In this document: positions 1-13,473 of the stretch, one piece after another
Layout of the letters: every line of letters starts with the position of its first letter
How positions within the stretch are numbered: the first letter of the stretch is position 1
Assembly (NCBI RefSeq): GCF_963921235.1
Contig: NC_086108.1
Span: forward strand, 1,736,001 to 1,800,000
Direction: 5' to 3'
DNA: 64,000 nt
Origin: Mobula hypostoma
Taxonomy: Eukaryota
The notes under the pieces: generated by a model
Database searches by the model: none
Told to the model about the DNA's origin: nothing
The model's input: the letters and a program-made list of their open reading frames with translations, nothing else
Position numbers and translations under genes: made by a program

Positions 1-735
1 CCTCTGCCTACCTTCCTGTCCCTCTGATACAACATGTAACCTTGGACATTCAGCTCCCAACTACAACCATCCTTCAGCCATGATTCAGTGATGGTCACAT
101 CATCATACCTGACAATCTGTAATAGTGCAAGAAGATCATTCACCTTATGTCTTATACTCCGTGTATTGAGATATAACACTTTGAGTACTGTATTTGCAAT
201 CCTTTTTGATTCTGCATCCCTAATGCACTGATACTCACCCTGCTGGCGACAACTGTGTCCTATTATCTGCCTGCCCTTCCTGACAGCCTGGCTGCACACT
301 ATCTTTGCTTTTTTAATCATCCGTCCTATCCTGAGTCCCTTTACTCCGGTTCCCACCCCCCTCCGCCAAATTAGTTTAAACCCTCCCCAACAAATCTGCC
401 CGCGAGAATCTTGGTCCCCCTCGGGTTCAGGTGCAACCTGTCACTTTTGTACAGGTCATACCTCCCCCTGAAGAGATCCCAATGATCCAAGAACCTGAAG
501 CCCTGCTCCCTGCTCCAGTTACTCAGCCACGTATCAATCTACCAAATCATCTCCGTTTCTACCCTCACTGGCAAGTGACATAGGCAGCAATCTAGAAATT
601 ACTACCAAGGAGGGCCTGCTTCTCAGCTTTCTACCTAGCTCTCTAAATTCTCTCTTCAGGACCTCTTTGCTTTTCCTTCCTGTGTCATTGGTACCGATAT
701 GTACCAAGACATCCAGCTGCTCCCCCTCCTTCTCC
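1..735 (-). mobile_element. CR1 LINE fragment (ORF1 SGNH esterase end + start of ORF2 endonuclease)
   Basis: VLVHIGTNDTG esterase block; strong similarity to 23480-24220. Confidence 0.8.
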
Positions 736-2175
736 AAAATGAACCACCTCACATTTATCTGGGTTGCACACTATCTGCCACTTCTCAACCCAGTTTTGCA
801 TCCTATCAATGTCCCGCTGTAACCTCTGACAGCCCTCCACACTATCCACAACACCCCCAACCTTTGTGTCATCAGCAAACTTACTAACCCATCCCTCCAC
901 TTCTTCATCCAGATCATTTATAAAAATCACGAAGAGTAGGGGTCCCAGAACAGATCCCTGAGGCACACCACTGGTCACCGACCTCCATGCAGAATATGAC
1001 CCGTCTACAACCACTTTTTGCCTTCTGTGGGCAAGCCAGTTCTGGATCCACAAAGCAAGGTCCCCTTAAGGTCAATAAGTCTTGCATGGGGTACCTTATC
1101 AAATGCCTTGCTGAAATCCATATACACTACATCTACTGCTCTACCTTCATCAACGTGTTTAGTCACATCCTCAAAAAATTCAGTCAGGCTCATAAGGCAC
1201 GACCTGCCTTTGACAAAGCCATGCTGACTATTCCTAATCATATTATACCTCTCCAAATGCTCATAAATCCTGCTTCTTATGATCTTCTCCATCAACTTAC
1301 CAACCACTGAAGTAAGTCTCACTGGTCTATAATTTCCTGGGCTATCTCTACTCCCTTTCTTGAATAAGGGAACAACATCTGCAACCCTCCAATCCTCTGG
1401 AACCTCTCCTGTCCCCATTGATGATGCAAAGATCATCGCCAGAGGCTCAGCAATCTCCTCCCTCACCTCCCATGGTATCCTGGGGTACATCTCATCCAGT
1501 CCCAGTGACTTATCCAACCTGATGCTTTCCAAAAGCTCCAGCACAACCTCTTTCTTAATGTCTGTATGCTCAAGCTTTTCGATCCACTGCAAGTCATCCC
1601 TAAAAATTACCAAGATCCTTTTCCGTAGTGAATACTGAAGCAAAGTATTTATTAAGTATCTCTGCTATCTCCTCCAGTTCCATACATACTTTTCTACTGT
1701 CACATTTGATAGATCCTATTCTCTCACGTTTTACCCTCTTTCCCCTCACATACTTGTAGAATGCCTTGGGGTTTTCCTTAATCCTGTCCACCAAGGCCTT
1801 CTCATGGCTCCTTCTGGCTCTCCTGATTTCATTCTTAAGCTCCTTCCTGTTAGCCTTATAATCTTCTACATGACATCTCTATCATAAAAATAGTTTTTTG
1901 AACCTTTCGTAAGCTCTTCTTTTCTTCTTGACAAGATTTACAACAGCCTTTGAACACCACGGTTCCTGTAACCTATCATCCTTTCCAGGTCTCATTGGAA
2001 TGTACCTATACAGAACACCACGCAAATATTCTCTGAACATTTGCCACATTCGTGCCCTACATTTCCCTGAGAACATCTACTCCCAATTTATGCTTCCAAG
2101 TTCCTGCCTGACAACTTCATATTTCCACTTACTCCAATTAAACATTTTCCTAACTTTGTCTGTTCCTGTCCCTCT
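736..2175 (-). mobile_element. CR1 LINE RT fragment, degenerate
   Basis: [25 protein letters not shown] and KFADD motifs across frameshifted ORFs; same subfamily as 59523-63355. Confidence 0.88.
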
Positions 2176-2189
2176 CATTCCCCAGCATC

Positions 2190-3135
2190 CTGACACCTTC
2201 AAAAAGCGGTACCTCAAAAAGGATCCATCATTAAGGACCCCCAACACCCAGGATTTGCCCTCTTCTCATTGCTACCATCAGGGAGGTGCAGGAGCTTGAA
2301 GACACACACTCAGAGATTCAAGAACAGCTTCTTCCCCTCTGCCATCCGATTTTCGAATGGGCATTGAACCCATGAACACTAGCTCACCACGTTTTTGCAC
2401 TACTCATTATAATTTAACCTTTTTTTATCCTTCTTACTGTAATTCATAGTTTTTATTATTGTGTATTTCATTGTACTGCTGCCACAAAGACAACAAATTT
2501 CACGACATGTGCCGGTGACATTAAACGTGATTCTGATTGTGGACCCAGCTGGTTGAAAGTGGAATTGATGCGCCACCCGGTGTTTGCACGTGGTACTGCA
2601 ACCGATATCAGAATCGGAATCAAGTTCATTACCGTTGAGGTGTACAATCTGACCTTGGTTGCTTTGCAGCAGTGTGATGGATTAAAATTATACTAAATTT
2701 CAAAATAAATAAACAGCACCACAAAGATTACCAGTAAGTATTCATGGGTTCATAGTCTGTTCAAAAATCTGATGTGGAGGGAAAGAAAACGGGTTTAATA
2801 TCACTGGTATATGACGTAAAATTTGTTGTTTTGGGGCAGCAGTACAATGCAATACATAAAAATAGAAACTATATATTACAAAAAGTATCTACTAAAGTAG
2901 TGCAAAAACAGAGGGGAAAGTAGTGAGGTAGTGTTCATGGATTTGGAAATCTGATGGCAGAGGGGAAGAAGCTGTTCCTGAATCTTTGAGTGTGTGTCTT
3001 CAGACTCCTGTACCTCCTCCTCTATGGTAACAATGAGAAGAGGGTAGGTCCTGGGTCCTGGGTGATGGGAGTCCTCAGTGATGGGTGCTGGCTTTCTGAG
3101 GCATTGCCTTTTCAGTGTGCCTTCTCTACTGCCAT
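2190..3135. mobile_element. Rex1/Babar-like LINE 3' fragments in both orientations
   Basis: aagaacagcttcttcccctctgccatc (NSFFPSAI) plus a 3'UTR that recurs throughout the window; + copy ~2190-2540, - copy ~2790-3135. Confidence 0.6.
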
Positions 3136-3139
3136 GATG

Positions 3140-5235
3140 AGGTCAACTCAGTTTGGACTCGGTCCCCCGGCATTTCGATCATACCTCCTCTTATTTCCTC
3201 GATTCTGCTTGGCAGCCGCGACCCCGGCTAATTCATAAGCCCTTCTCAGCTCCCTTCCCATATCAGACACATACTGCAGATGGGTCTTCAGTGGCAGGTC
3301 GTGCTCATCAGTCCCAAAGCAAAGGTCGATGGGCAACCTCTCCTCACACCCAAACATCAGATAATATGGTGGGTACCCGGTAGCTTCATTTCGGGTCCCA
3401 TTGTAACAGTGGACCAGCTGTCCAATATGTTGACTCCACCTGCTCTTCTTGCTGATCTTCAAGGCTCCGAGCATATCTAGCAAGGTCCGATTATACCTCT
3501 TGGGCTGGGGATCACCCTGTGGATGATAGGGAGTAGTCCTCGACTTCTCGACTCTAAGCTTGCTCAGTACTCATGGATGAGCCTGCTCTCGAAATCCTGC
3601 CCCTGATCACTATGTACCCCCCTGTAGGGGCCATAATAAATGAAATACTTCTCCCGTAACACTTTGGCCACCGTGGACGCCCTCTGGTCCTTGGCAGGGA
3701 AAGCTTGCGCATATCTGGTGTAGTGATCCGTGATGACCAAGACATTCACCATGTTGCTGGCATCTGGCTCTATTGACAGGAAATCCATACCCACCAGGAC
3801 TCGCACTCTGCAGGTGAAACAAGGGAGCTGCCCACATAGGCAGCGTCTTCCTCCGTATGCATCAAATGCACGACTTGCACTACTCTGAGACCGCTGGCTT
3901 TATTCAGGGCCAGTAAAACCAATCTCTGAGCAATCCATAGGTCTTTTCAACTCCCAAATGTCCAGAATCATCATGAAGTGACTTCAACACAATCCTCCAT
4001 GCACTAGGATTCTGCCTAGTGGTTCTGCTGGAGAAGTACGTGTCTTCAGGCTCCCTCCTTCAGGGTAGCAATGAGAAGAGGGCAAATCCTGGGTGTTGAA
4101 TGACTCAGCCGTCAACTTTCCCCCTTTTTCCAATCGTTTCTCCCCGTCTTATCTCACAGGGACACTGGACATTACCGTCACCGGGAAAAGATGCACCAGG
4201 GGCATCCCCTGCTTTTCGCAGTGTTCCTGACGATCACTGCCACCCTGCTCGCCTGTACAGCTGAGGAGTTCAGGTCTCGCCAGTACCCCAGCAGGCACAC
4301 CCGATTCATTATCCTGGTCTACCAGACCATCCACCAAGAGTGCTCACCCTAGGGCATTCAGGGAAACTTGGGGTTTCCCATCACTCTCGCGACTTCCCTG
4401 GGCTGTAACACGATTAACTTGGACTGGGTGAACCACACAGTCCCTCGTCCAAACTCGTTATCCGGCCCAATGCAGCCACTGACTTCCTCAAAAGCAGCTC
4501 AAAACACCGGGTGAACAGACAATGTCCTCAGAAATCTCTCTCCAGCTTTCCCCTTGCAGGACCCCATCAGCCTCCTCACAACAGGAGTGTTGGTTCCCAC
4601 AAGAATTGAAACGCTGCCTTTCTCAACGGGGTCCGGACAAACCAGCACTAATGTATCATGGCCACCCCCACATCGGCCTCCGCAAACTCCAGCTTCACTG
4701 ACAAATAACCATCATACGGATTATCACCCCAGATCTCTCGTGCACTGAGTGGCGTCGGTGGTAAATGCGTCAAATACTGGTTGTAAAATCAACGGTACAG
4801 CGACGTGACCCGTGACCCTGTGTCGAGTATGGCTCTAGCATAAATACCCTCTATCTGTAACGATACACTGGAGCTTGGCCCCACGAAGCCTTCAGGAATA
4901 AGGTTTTTTGCTTTAGGGTGTTCCTCGATATATTGCTGCGAATGTGTCCCCCCGGATAGGCCAGGCCATGCCCTCACTGGGTCTCTTTTAAATTTTCCCA
5001 ACGATTCTCTCTGCTTAGGTACCCAGGGGTCACTCTCCAAGGGGTTTGTCATCTTTCACACTCCCGCCTTAAGTGTCCCTCTTCAGCACAGTTATAACAG
5101 ACAATACCAGCCATTTCCCTTCCCGCGTGACACCAGCTTTAAGCAGCCCTCCACATAGTCCATCTCCTCAGAGGATTTGTCTCCCTTCGGCGCGGGGGGG
5201 GGGTCACACAACAGTTCTCAACTCTTCTACAATTT
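3140..5235 (-). mobile_element. Gypsy/Ty3 LTR retrotransposon internal remnant: gag zinc knuckle, protease, integrase (RT/RNase H missing)
   Basis: CYNCAEEGHLRREC knuckle (~5060-5105); AILDTGS protease (4789-5052); integrase HHCC and core (LHDDSGHLG, MDF...ITDHYTRY, HSDQGQDFES, YNGTRNEATGYPPYYLMFG). Confidence 0.88.
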
Positions 5236-5842
5236 CTTCTACCACCCCCCCCCCACCCTCCAGGGTAGCCTATCCACAGTCACTTCACACCCACCCGGGG
5301 CAGCCTATAGAAAGAAACCATAGAAACCATAGAAAAACTACAGCACAGAAACAGGCCTTTTGGCCCTTCTTGGCTGTGCCGAACCATTTTCTGCCTAGTC
5401 CCACTGACCTGCACACGGACCATATCCCTCCATACACCTCCCATCCATGTATCTGTCCAATTTATTCTTAAATGTTAAAAAAGAACCCGCATTTACCATC
5501 TCGTCTGGCAGCTCATTCCATACTCCCACCACCCTCTGTGTGAAGAAGCCCCCGCTAATGTTCCCTTTAAACTTTTCCCCCCTCACCCTTAACCCATGTC
5601 CTCTGGTTTTTTTTCTCCCCTTGCCTCAGTGGAAAAAGCCTGCTTGCATTCACTCTATCTATACCCATCATAATTTTATATACCTCTATCAAATCTCCCC
5701 TCATTCTTCTACGCTCCAGGGAATAAAGTCCTAACCTATTCAACCTTTCTCTGTAACTGAGTTTCTCAAGTCCCGGCAACATCCTTGTAAACCTTCTCTG
5801 CACTCTTTCAACCTTATTTATATCCTTCCTGTAATTTGGGGG

Positions 5843-8800
5843 CTACTGAGGTGACTTTAAACTAGAATGGTTGGGGGGTGGGAATGAAATTAAAGAGGCT
5901 AGGCGTGAGGAGGTTAGTTCACAACAGAGGGAAGGGAACCAGTGCAGAGAGACAGAGGGGTGTAAAGTGAGGGTAGAAGCAAAAAGTACAAAGGAGAAAA
6001 GTAAAAGTGGCAGGCCGACAAATCCAGGGCAAGCATTAAAAAGGGCCACTTTTCAACATAATTGTATAAGGGCTAAGAGAGTTGTAAAAGAGCGCCTGAA
6101 GGCTTTGTGTGTCAATGCAAGGAGCATTCGTAATAAGGTGGATGAATTGAAAGTGCAGCTTGTTATTAATGATTATGATATAGTTGGGATCACAGAGACA
6201 TGGCTCCAGGGTGACCAGGGATGGGAGCTCAACGTTCAGGGATATTCAATATTCAGGAGGGATAGACATGAAGGAAGGGGAGGTGGGGTGGCGTTGCTGG
6301 TTAAAGAAGAGATTAACGCAATAGAAAGGAAGGACATAAGCCGGGAAGATGTGGAGTCGATATGGGTAGAGCTGCGTAACACTAAGGGGCAGAAGATGCT
6401 GGTGGGAGTTGTGTACAGGCCACCTAACAGTAGTAGTGAGGTCGGAGATGGTATTAAACAGGAAATTAGAAATGTGTGCAATAAAGAAACAGCAGTTATA
6501 ATGGGTGACTTCAATCTACATGTAGACTGGGTGAACCAAATTGGTAAAGGTGCTGAGGAAGAGGATTTCTTGGAATGTATGCGGGATGGTTTTTTGAACC
6601 AACATGTCGGGGAACCAACTAGAGAGCAGGCTATTCTGGACTGGGTTTTGAGCAATGAGGAAGGGTTAGTTAGCGATCTTGTCGTGAGAGGCCCCTTGGG
6701 TAAGAGTGACCATAATATGGTGGAATTCTTCATTAATATGGAGAGTGACATAGTTAATTCAGAAACAAAGGTTCTGAACTTAAAGAGGGGTAACTTTGAA
6801 GGTATGAGATGTGAATTAGCTAAGATAGACTGGCAAATGACACTTAAAGGATTGACGGTGGATATGCAATGGCAAGCATTTAAAGGTTGCATGGATGAAC
6901 TACAACAATTGTTCATCCCAGTTTGGCAAAAGAATAAATCAAGGAAGGTAGTGCACCCGTGGCTGACAAGAGAAATTAGGGATAGTATCAATTCCAAAGA
7001 AGAAGCATACAAATTAGCCAGAGAAAGTGGCTCACCTGAGGACTGGGAGAAATTCAGAGTTCAGCAGAGGAGGACAAAGGGCTTAATTAGGAAGGGGAAA
7101 AAAGATTATGAGAGAAAACTGGCGGGGAACATAAAAACGGACTGTAAAAGCTTTTATAGATATGTAAAAAGGAAAAGACTGGTAAAGACAAATGTAGGTC
7201 CCCTGCAGACAGAAACAGGTGAATTGATTACGGGGAGCAAGGACATGGCAGACCAATTGAATAATTACTTTGGTTCTGTCTTCACTAAGGAGGACATAAA
7301 TAATCTTCCAGAAATAGTAGGGGACAGAGGGTCCAGTGAGATGGAGGAACTGAGTGAAATACATGTTAGTAGGGAAGTGGTGTTAGGTAAATTGAAGGGA
7401 TTGAAGGCAGATAAATCCCCAGGGCCAGATGGTCTGCATCCCAGAGTGCTTAAGGAAGTAGCCCAAGAAATAGTGGATGCATTAGTGATAATTTTTCAAA
7501 ACTCGTTAGATTCTGGACTAGTTCCTGAGGATTGGAGGGTGGCTAATGTAACCCCACTGTTTAAAAGAGGAAGGAGAGAGAAACCGGGGAATTATAGACC
7601 GGTTAGCCTAACGTCGGTGGTGGGGAAACTGCTGGAGTCAGTTATCAAGGATGTGATAACAGCACATTTGGAAAGCAGTGAAATGATCGGATAAAGTCAG
7701 CATGAATTTGTGAAAGGAAAATCATGTCTGACGAATCTCATAGAATTTTTTGAGGATGTAACTAGTAGAGTGGATAGGGGAGAACCAGTGGATGTGGTAT
7801 ATTTGGATTTTCAAAAGGCTTTTGACAAGGTCCCACACAGGAGATTAGTGTGCAAACTTAAAGCACACGGTATTGGGGGTAAGGTATTGGTGTGGGTGGA
7901 GAATTGGTTAGCAGACAGGAAGCAAAGAGTGGGAATAAACGGGACCTTTTCAGAATGGCAGGCGGTGACTAGTGGGGTACCGCAAGGCTCAGTGCTGGGA
8001 CCCCAGTTGTTTACAATATATATTAATGACTTGGATGAGGGAATTAAATGCAGCATCTCCAAGTTTGCGGATGACACGAAGCTGGGTGGCAGTGTTAGCA
8101 GTGAGGAGGATGCTAAGAGGATGCAGGGTGACTTGGATAGGTTGGGTGAGTGGGCAAACTCATGGCAGATGCAATTTAATGTGGATAAATGTGAAGTTAT
8201 TCACTTTGGTGGCAAAAATAGGAAAACAGATTATTATCTGAATGGTGGCCGATTAGGAAAAGGGGAGGTGCAACGAGACCTGGGTGTCATTATACACCAG
8301 TCATTGAAAGTGGGCATGCAGGTACAGCAGGCGGTGAAAAAGGCGAATGGTATGCTGGCATTTATAGCAAGAGGATTCGAGTACAGGAGCAGGGAGGTAC
8401 TACTGCAGTTGTACAAGGCCTTGGTGAGACCACACCTGGAGTATTGTGTGCAGTTTTGGTCCCCTAATCTGAGGAAAGACATCTTTGCCATAGAGGGAGT
8501 ACAAAGAAGGTTCACCAGATTGATTCCTGGGATGGCAGGACTTTCATATGAAGAAAGACTGGATGAACTGGGCTTGTACTCGTTGGAATTTAGAAGATTG
8601 AGGGGGGATCTGATTGAAACGTATAAGATCCTAAAGGGATTGGACAGGCTAGATGCAGGAAGATTGTTCCCGATGTTGGGGAAGTCCAGAACGAGGGGTC
8701 ACAGTTTGAGGATAGAGGGGAAGCCTTTTAGGACCGAGATTAGGAAAAACTTCTTCACACAGAGAGTGGTGAATCTGTGGAATTCTCTGCCACAGGAAAC

Positions 8801-9000
8801 AGTTGAGGCCAGTTCATTGGCTATGTTTAAGAGGGAGTTAGATATGGCCCTTGTGGCTACAGGGGTCAGGGGGTATGGAGGGAAGGCTGGGGCGGGGTTC
8901 TGAGTTGGATGATTAGCCATGATCATAATAAATGGCGGTGCAGGCTCGAAGGGCCGAATGGCCTACTCCTGCACCTATTTTCTATGTTTTCTATGTTTCT
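5843..9000 (+). mobile_element. Young 5'-truncated CR1 with almost intact ORF2 (APE endonuclease + RT)
   Basis: ORFs 5871-7694 and 7710-8903 are in the same frame, separated by a single TAA; EN motifs (TETW, GDFN, SDH), RT FADD; tail tttctatg repeats. Confidence 0.95.
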
Positions 9001-10890
9001 AAAACTGAACACAATACTCCAGATTCGGCCTCACCAATGCCTTATACAACCTCATCATAACATTCCAGCTCTTATACTCAGTATTTTGATTAATAAAGGC
9101 CAATGTACCAAAAGCTCTCTTTACGACCCTATCTACCTGTGATGCCACTTTTAGGGAATTTTGTATCTGTATTCCCAGATCCCTCTGTTCCACTGCACTC
9201 CTCAGTGCCTTACCATTAACCCTTTATGTTCTACCTTGGTTTGTCCTTCCAACGTGCAATACCTCACACTTGTTTGTATTAAACTCCATCTGCCATTTTT
9301 CAGCCCATTTTTCCAGCTGGTCCAAGTCCCTCTGCAGGCTCTGAAAACTTTCCTCACCGTCCACTACACCTCCAATCTTTGTATCATCAGCAAATTTGCT
9401 GATCCAATTTACCACATTATCATCCAGATCATTGATATAGATGGACCCAGCACTGATCCCTGTGGCACACCACTAGTCACAGGCCTCCACTCGGAGAAGC
9501 AATTCTCTACTACCACTCTCTGGCTTCTTCCATTGAGCCAATGTCTAATCCAATTTACCACCTCTCCATGTATACCTAGCGACTGAATTTTCCTAACTAA
9601 CCTCCCATGTGGGACCTTGTCAAAGGCCTTACTGAAGTCCATGTTGACAACATCCACTGCCTTCCCTTCATCCACTTTCCTGGTAACCTCCTCGAAAAAC
9701 TCCAATAGATTGGTCAAACATGACCTACCACGCACAAAGCCATGTTGACTCTCCCTAATAAGTCCCTGTCTATCCAAATGCTTGTAGATTCTGTCTCTTA
9801 GTACTCCCTCCAATAACTTATCCACTACCGACGTCAAACTTACTGGCCAATAATTTCCAGGATTACTTTTTGATCCTTTTTTAAACAATGGAACAACATG
9901 AGCTACTCTCCAATCCTCCAGCACCTCACCCGTGGACACCGATATTTTAAATATATCTGCCAGGGCCCCTGCAATTTCAACACTAGTCTCCTTCAAGGTC
10001 CGAGGGAATACCCTGTCAGGTCCTGGGGATTTATCCACTTTAATTTTCCTCAAGATAGCAAGCACCTCCTCCTTTTCAATCTGTACAGTTTCCATGATCT
10101 CACTACTTGTTTCCCTTAATTCCATAGACTTCATGCCAGTTTCCTCAGTAAATACAGACGCAAAAAACCCATTTAAGATCTCCCCTATTTCTTTTGGTTC
10201 CGCACATAGCCGATCACTCTGATCTTCAAGAGGACCAATTTTATCCCTTACAATTCTTTTACTCTTAATATACCTGTAAAAGCTCTTTGGATTATCCTTC
10301 ACTTTGACTGCCAGGGCAACCTCATGTTTTCTTTTAGCCCTCCTGATTACTTTCTTAAGTATTTTCTTGCACTTTTTATACTCCTCAAGCACCTTATTTA
10401 CTCCCTGTTTCCTATACATGTCATACAACTCTCTCTTCTTCTTTATCAGAGTTGCAATATCCCTTGAGAACCAAGGTTCCTTATTCCTATTCACTTTGCC
10501 TTTAATCCTGACAGGAACATACAAGTTCCGCACTCTCAAAATTTCTCCTTTGAAGGCTTCCCACTTACCGATCACATCTTTGCCAGAGAACAACCTGTCC
10601 CAATCCATGCTTTTTAGATCCTTTCTCATTTCTTCAAATTTGGCCTTCTTCCAGTTCAGAATCTCAACCCTAGGACCAGATCTATCCTTGTCCATGATCA
10701 AGTTGAAACTAATGGTGTTATGATCACTGGAACCAAGGTGCTCCCCTACACACACTTCCGTCACTTGTCCTAACCCGTTTCCTAACAGGAGATCCAATAT
10801 TGCTTCCCCTCTAGTTGGTACCTCTATATATTGATTTAGAAAACTTTCCTGACCACATTTTACAAACTTTAAACCATCTAGACTTTTCAG

Positions 10891-13473
10891 TCAGTATGGG
10901 TGGAAGTCAGGCACAGGAAGGGAGCAGCTACTCTATTGGGGTATTCTATAGGCCCCCTGGTAGCAGCAGAGATACAGAGGAGCAGATTGGGAGGCAGATT
11001 TTGGAAAGGTGCAAACATAACAGGGTTGTTATCATGGGTGACTTTAACTTCCCTAATATTGATTGGCACCTGATTAGTTCCAAGGGTTTGGATGGGGCAG
11101 AGTTTGTTAAGTGTGTCCAGGATGGATTCCTGTCACAGTACGTTGACAGGCCAACCAGGGGGAATGCCATACTACATCTAGTACTAGGTAATGAACCGGG
11201 TCAGGTCACAGATCTCTCAGTGGGTGAGCATCTGGGGGACAGTGACCACCGCTCCCTGGCCTTTAGTGTTATCATGGAAAAGGATAGAATCAGAGAGGAC
11301 AGGAAAATTTTTAATTGGGGAAGGGAAAATTATGAGGCTATAAGGCTAGAACTTACGGGTGTGAATTGGGATGATGTTTTTGCAGGGAAATGTACTACGG
11401 ACATGTGGTCAATATTCAGGGATCTCTTGCAGGATGTTAGGGATAAATTTGTCCTGGTGAGGAAGATAAAGAACGGTAGGGTGAAGGAACCATGGGTGAC
11501 AAGTGAGGTGGAAAATCTAGTCAGGTGGAAGAAAGCAGCATACATGAGGTTTAGGAAGCAAGGATCAGATGGGTCTATTGAGGAATATAGGGAAGCAAGA
11601 AAGGAGCTTAAGAAGAGGCTGAGAAGAGCAAGAAGGGGGCATGAGAAGGCCTTGGTGAGTAGGATAAAGGAAAACCCCAAGGCATTCTTCAATTATGTGA
11701 AGAAAAAAAGGATGACAGGAGTGAAGGTAGGACCGATTAGAGATAAAGGTGGGAAGATGTGCCTGGAGGCTGTGGAAGTGAGCGAGGTCCTCAATGAATA
11801 CTTCTCTTCAGTATTCACCAATGAGAGGGAACCTGATGAAGGTGAGGACAATATGAGTGAGGTTGATGTTCTGGAGCATGTTGATATTAAGGGAGAGGAG
11901 GTGTTGGAGTTGTTAAAATACATTAGGATGGATAAGACCCTGGGGCCTGACGGAATATTCTCCAGGCTGCCCCACGAGGCGAGAGAAGAGATTGCTGAGC
12001 CTCTGGCTAGGATCTTTATGTCCTCGTTGTCCACGGGAATGGTACCGGAGGATTGGAGGGAGGCGAATGTTGTCCCCTTGTTCAGAAAAGGCAGTAGGGA
12101 TAGTCCGGGTAATTATAGACCAGTGAGCCTTACGTCTGTGGTGGGAAAGCTGTTGGAAGAGATTCTTAGAGATAGGATCCATGGGCATTTAGAGAATCAT
12201 GGTCTGATCAGGGACAGTCAGCATGGCTTTGTGAAGGGCAGATCGTGTCTAATAAGCCTGATAGTTCTTTGAGGAGGTGCCCAGGCATATAGATGAGGGT
12301 AGTGCAGTGGATGTGATCTATATGGATTTTAGTAAGGCATTTGACAAGTTTCCACACGGTAGGCTTATTCAGAAAGTCAGAAGGCATGAGATCCAGGGAA
12401 GTTTGGCCAGGTGGATTCAGAACTGGCTTGCCTGCAGAAGGCAGAGGGTGGTGGTGGAGGGAGTACATTCAGATTGGAGGATTGTGACTAGTGGTGTCCC
12501 ACAAGGATCTGTTCTGGGACCTCTACTTTTCGTGATTTTTATTAACGACCTGGATGTGGGGGTAGAAGGGTGGGTTGGCAAGTTTGCAGATGACACAAAG
12601 GTTGGTGGTGTTGTAGATAGTGTAGAGGATTGTTGAAGATTGCAGAGAGACATTGATAGGATGCAGAAGTGGGCTGAGAAGTGGCAGATGGAATTCAACC
12701 CAGAGAAGTGTGAGGTGGTACACTTTGGAAGGACAAACTCCAAGGCAGAGTACAAAGTAAATGGCAGGATACTTGGTAGTGTGGAGGAGCAGAGGGATCT
12801 CGGGGTACATGTCCACAGATCCCTGAAAGTTGCCTCACAGGTGGATAGGGTAGTTAAGAAAGCTTACGGGGTGTTAGCATTCATAAGTCGAGGGATAGAG
12901 TTTAAGAGTCGCGATGTAAAGATGTAGCTCTATAAAACTCTGGTTAGGCCACACTTGGAGTACTGTGTCCAGTTCTGGTCACCTCACTATGGGAAGGATA
13001 TGGAAGCATTGGAAAGGGTACAGAGGAGATTTACCAGGATGCTGCCTGGTTTAGAGAGTATGCATTATGATCAGAGATTAAGGGAGCTAGGGCTTTGCTC
13101 TTTGGAGAGAAGGAGGATGAGAGGAGACATGATAGAGGTGTACAAGATAATAAGAGGAATAGATAAAGTGGATAGCCAGCGCCTGTTCCCCAGGGCACCA
13201 CTGCTCAATACAAGAGGACATGGCTTTAAGGTAAGGGGTGGGAAGTTCAAGGGGGATATTAGAGGAAGGTTTTTTACTCAGAGAGTGGTTGGTGCGTGGA
13301 ATGCACTGCCTGAAGTCAGTGGTGGAGGCAGATACACTAGTGAAGTTTAAGAGACTACTAGACAGGTATATGGAGGAATTTAAGGTAGGGGGTTATATGG
13401 GAGGCAGGGTCTGAGGGTCAGCACAACATTGCGGGCCAAAGGGCCTGTACTGTGCTGTACTATTCTATGTTCT
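10891..13473 (+). mobile_element. 5'-truncated CR1 LINE (ORF2, several stops/frameshifts)
   Basis: ORFs 10815-13350 with EN and RT motifs; tail tattctatgttctat at ~13460-13475. Confidence 0.92.

Noticed and set aside
685..1053. ORF with RT motifs and an unusual C-terminus (EGGGAAGCLG)
   Set aside because: Junction of two unrelated CR1 fragments at ~735, not a real fusion protein.
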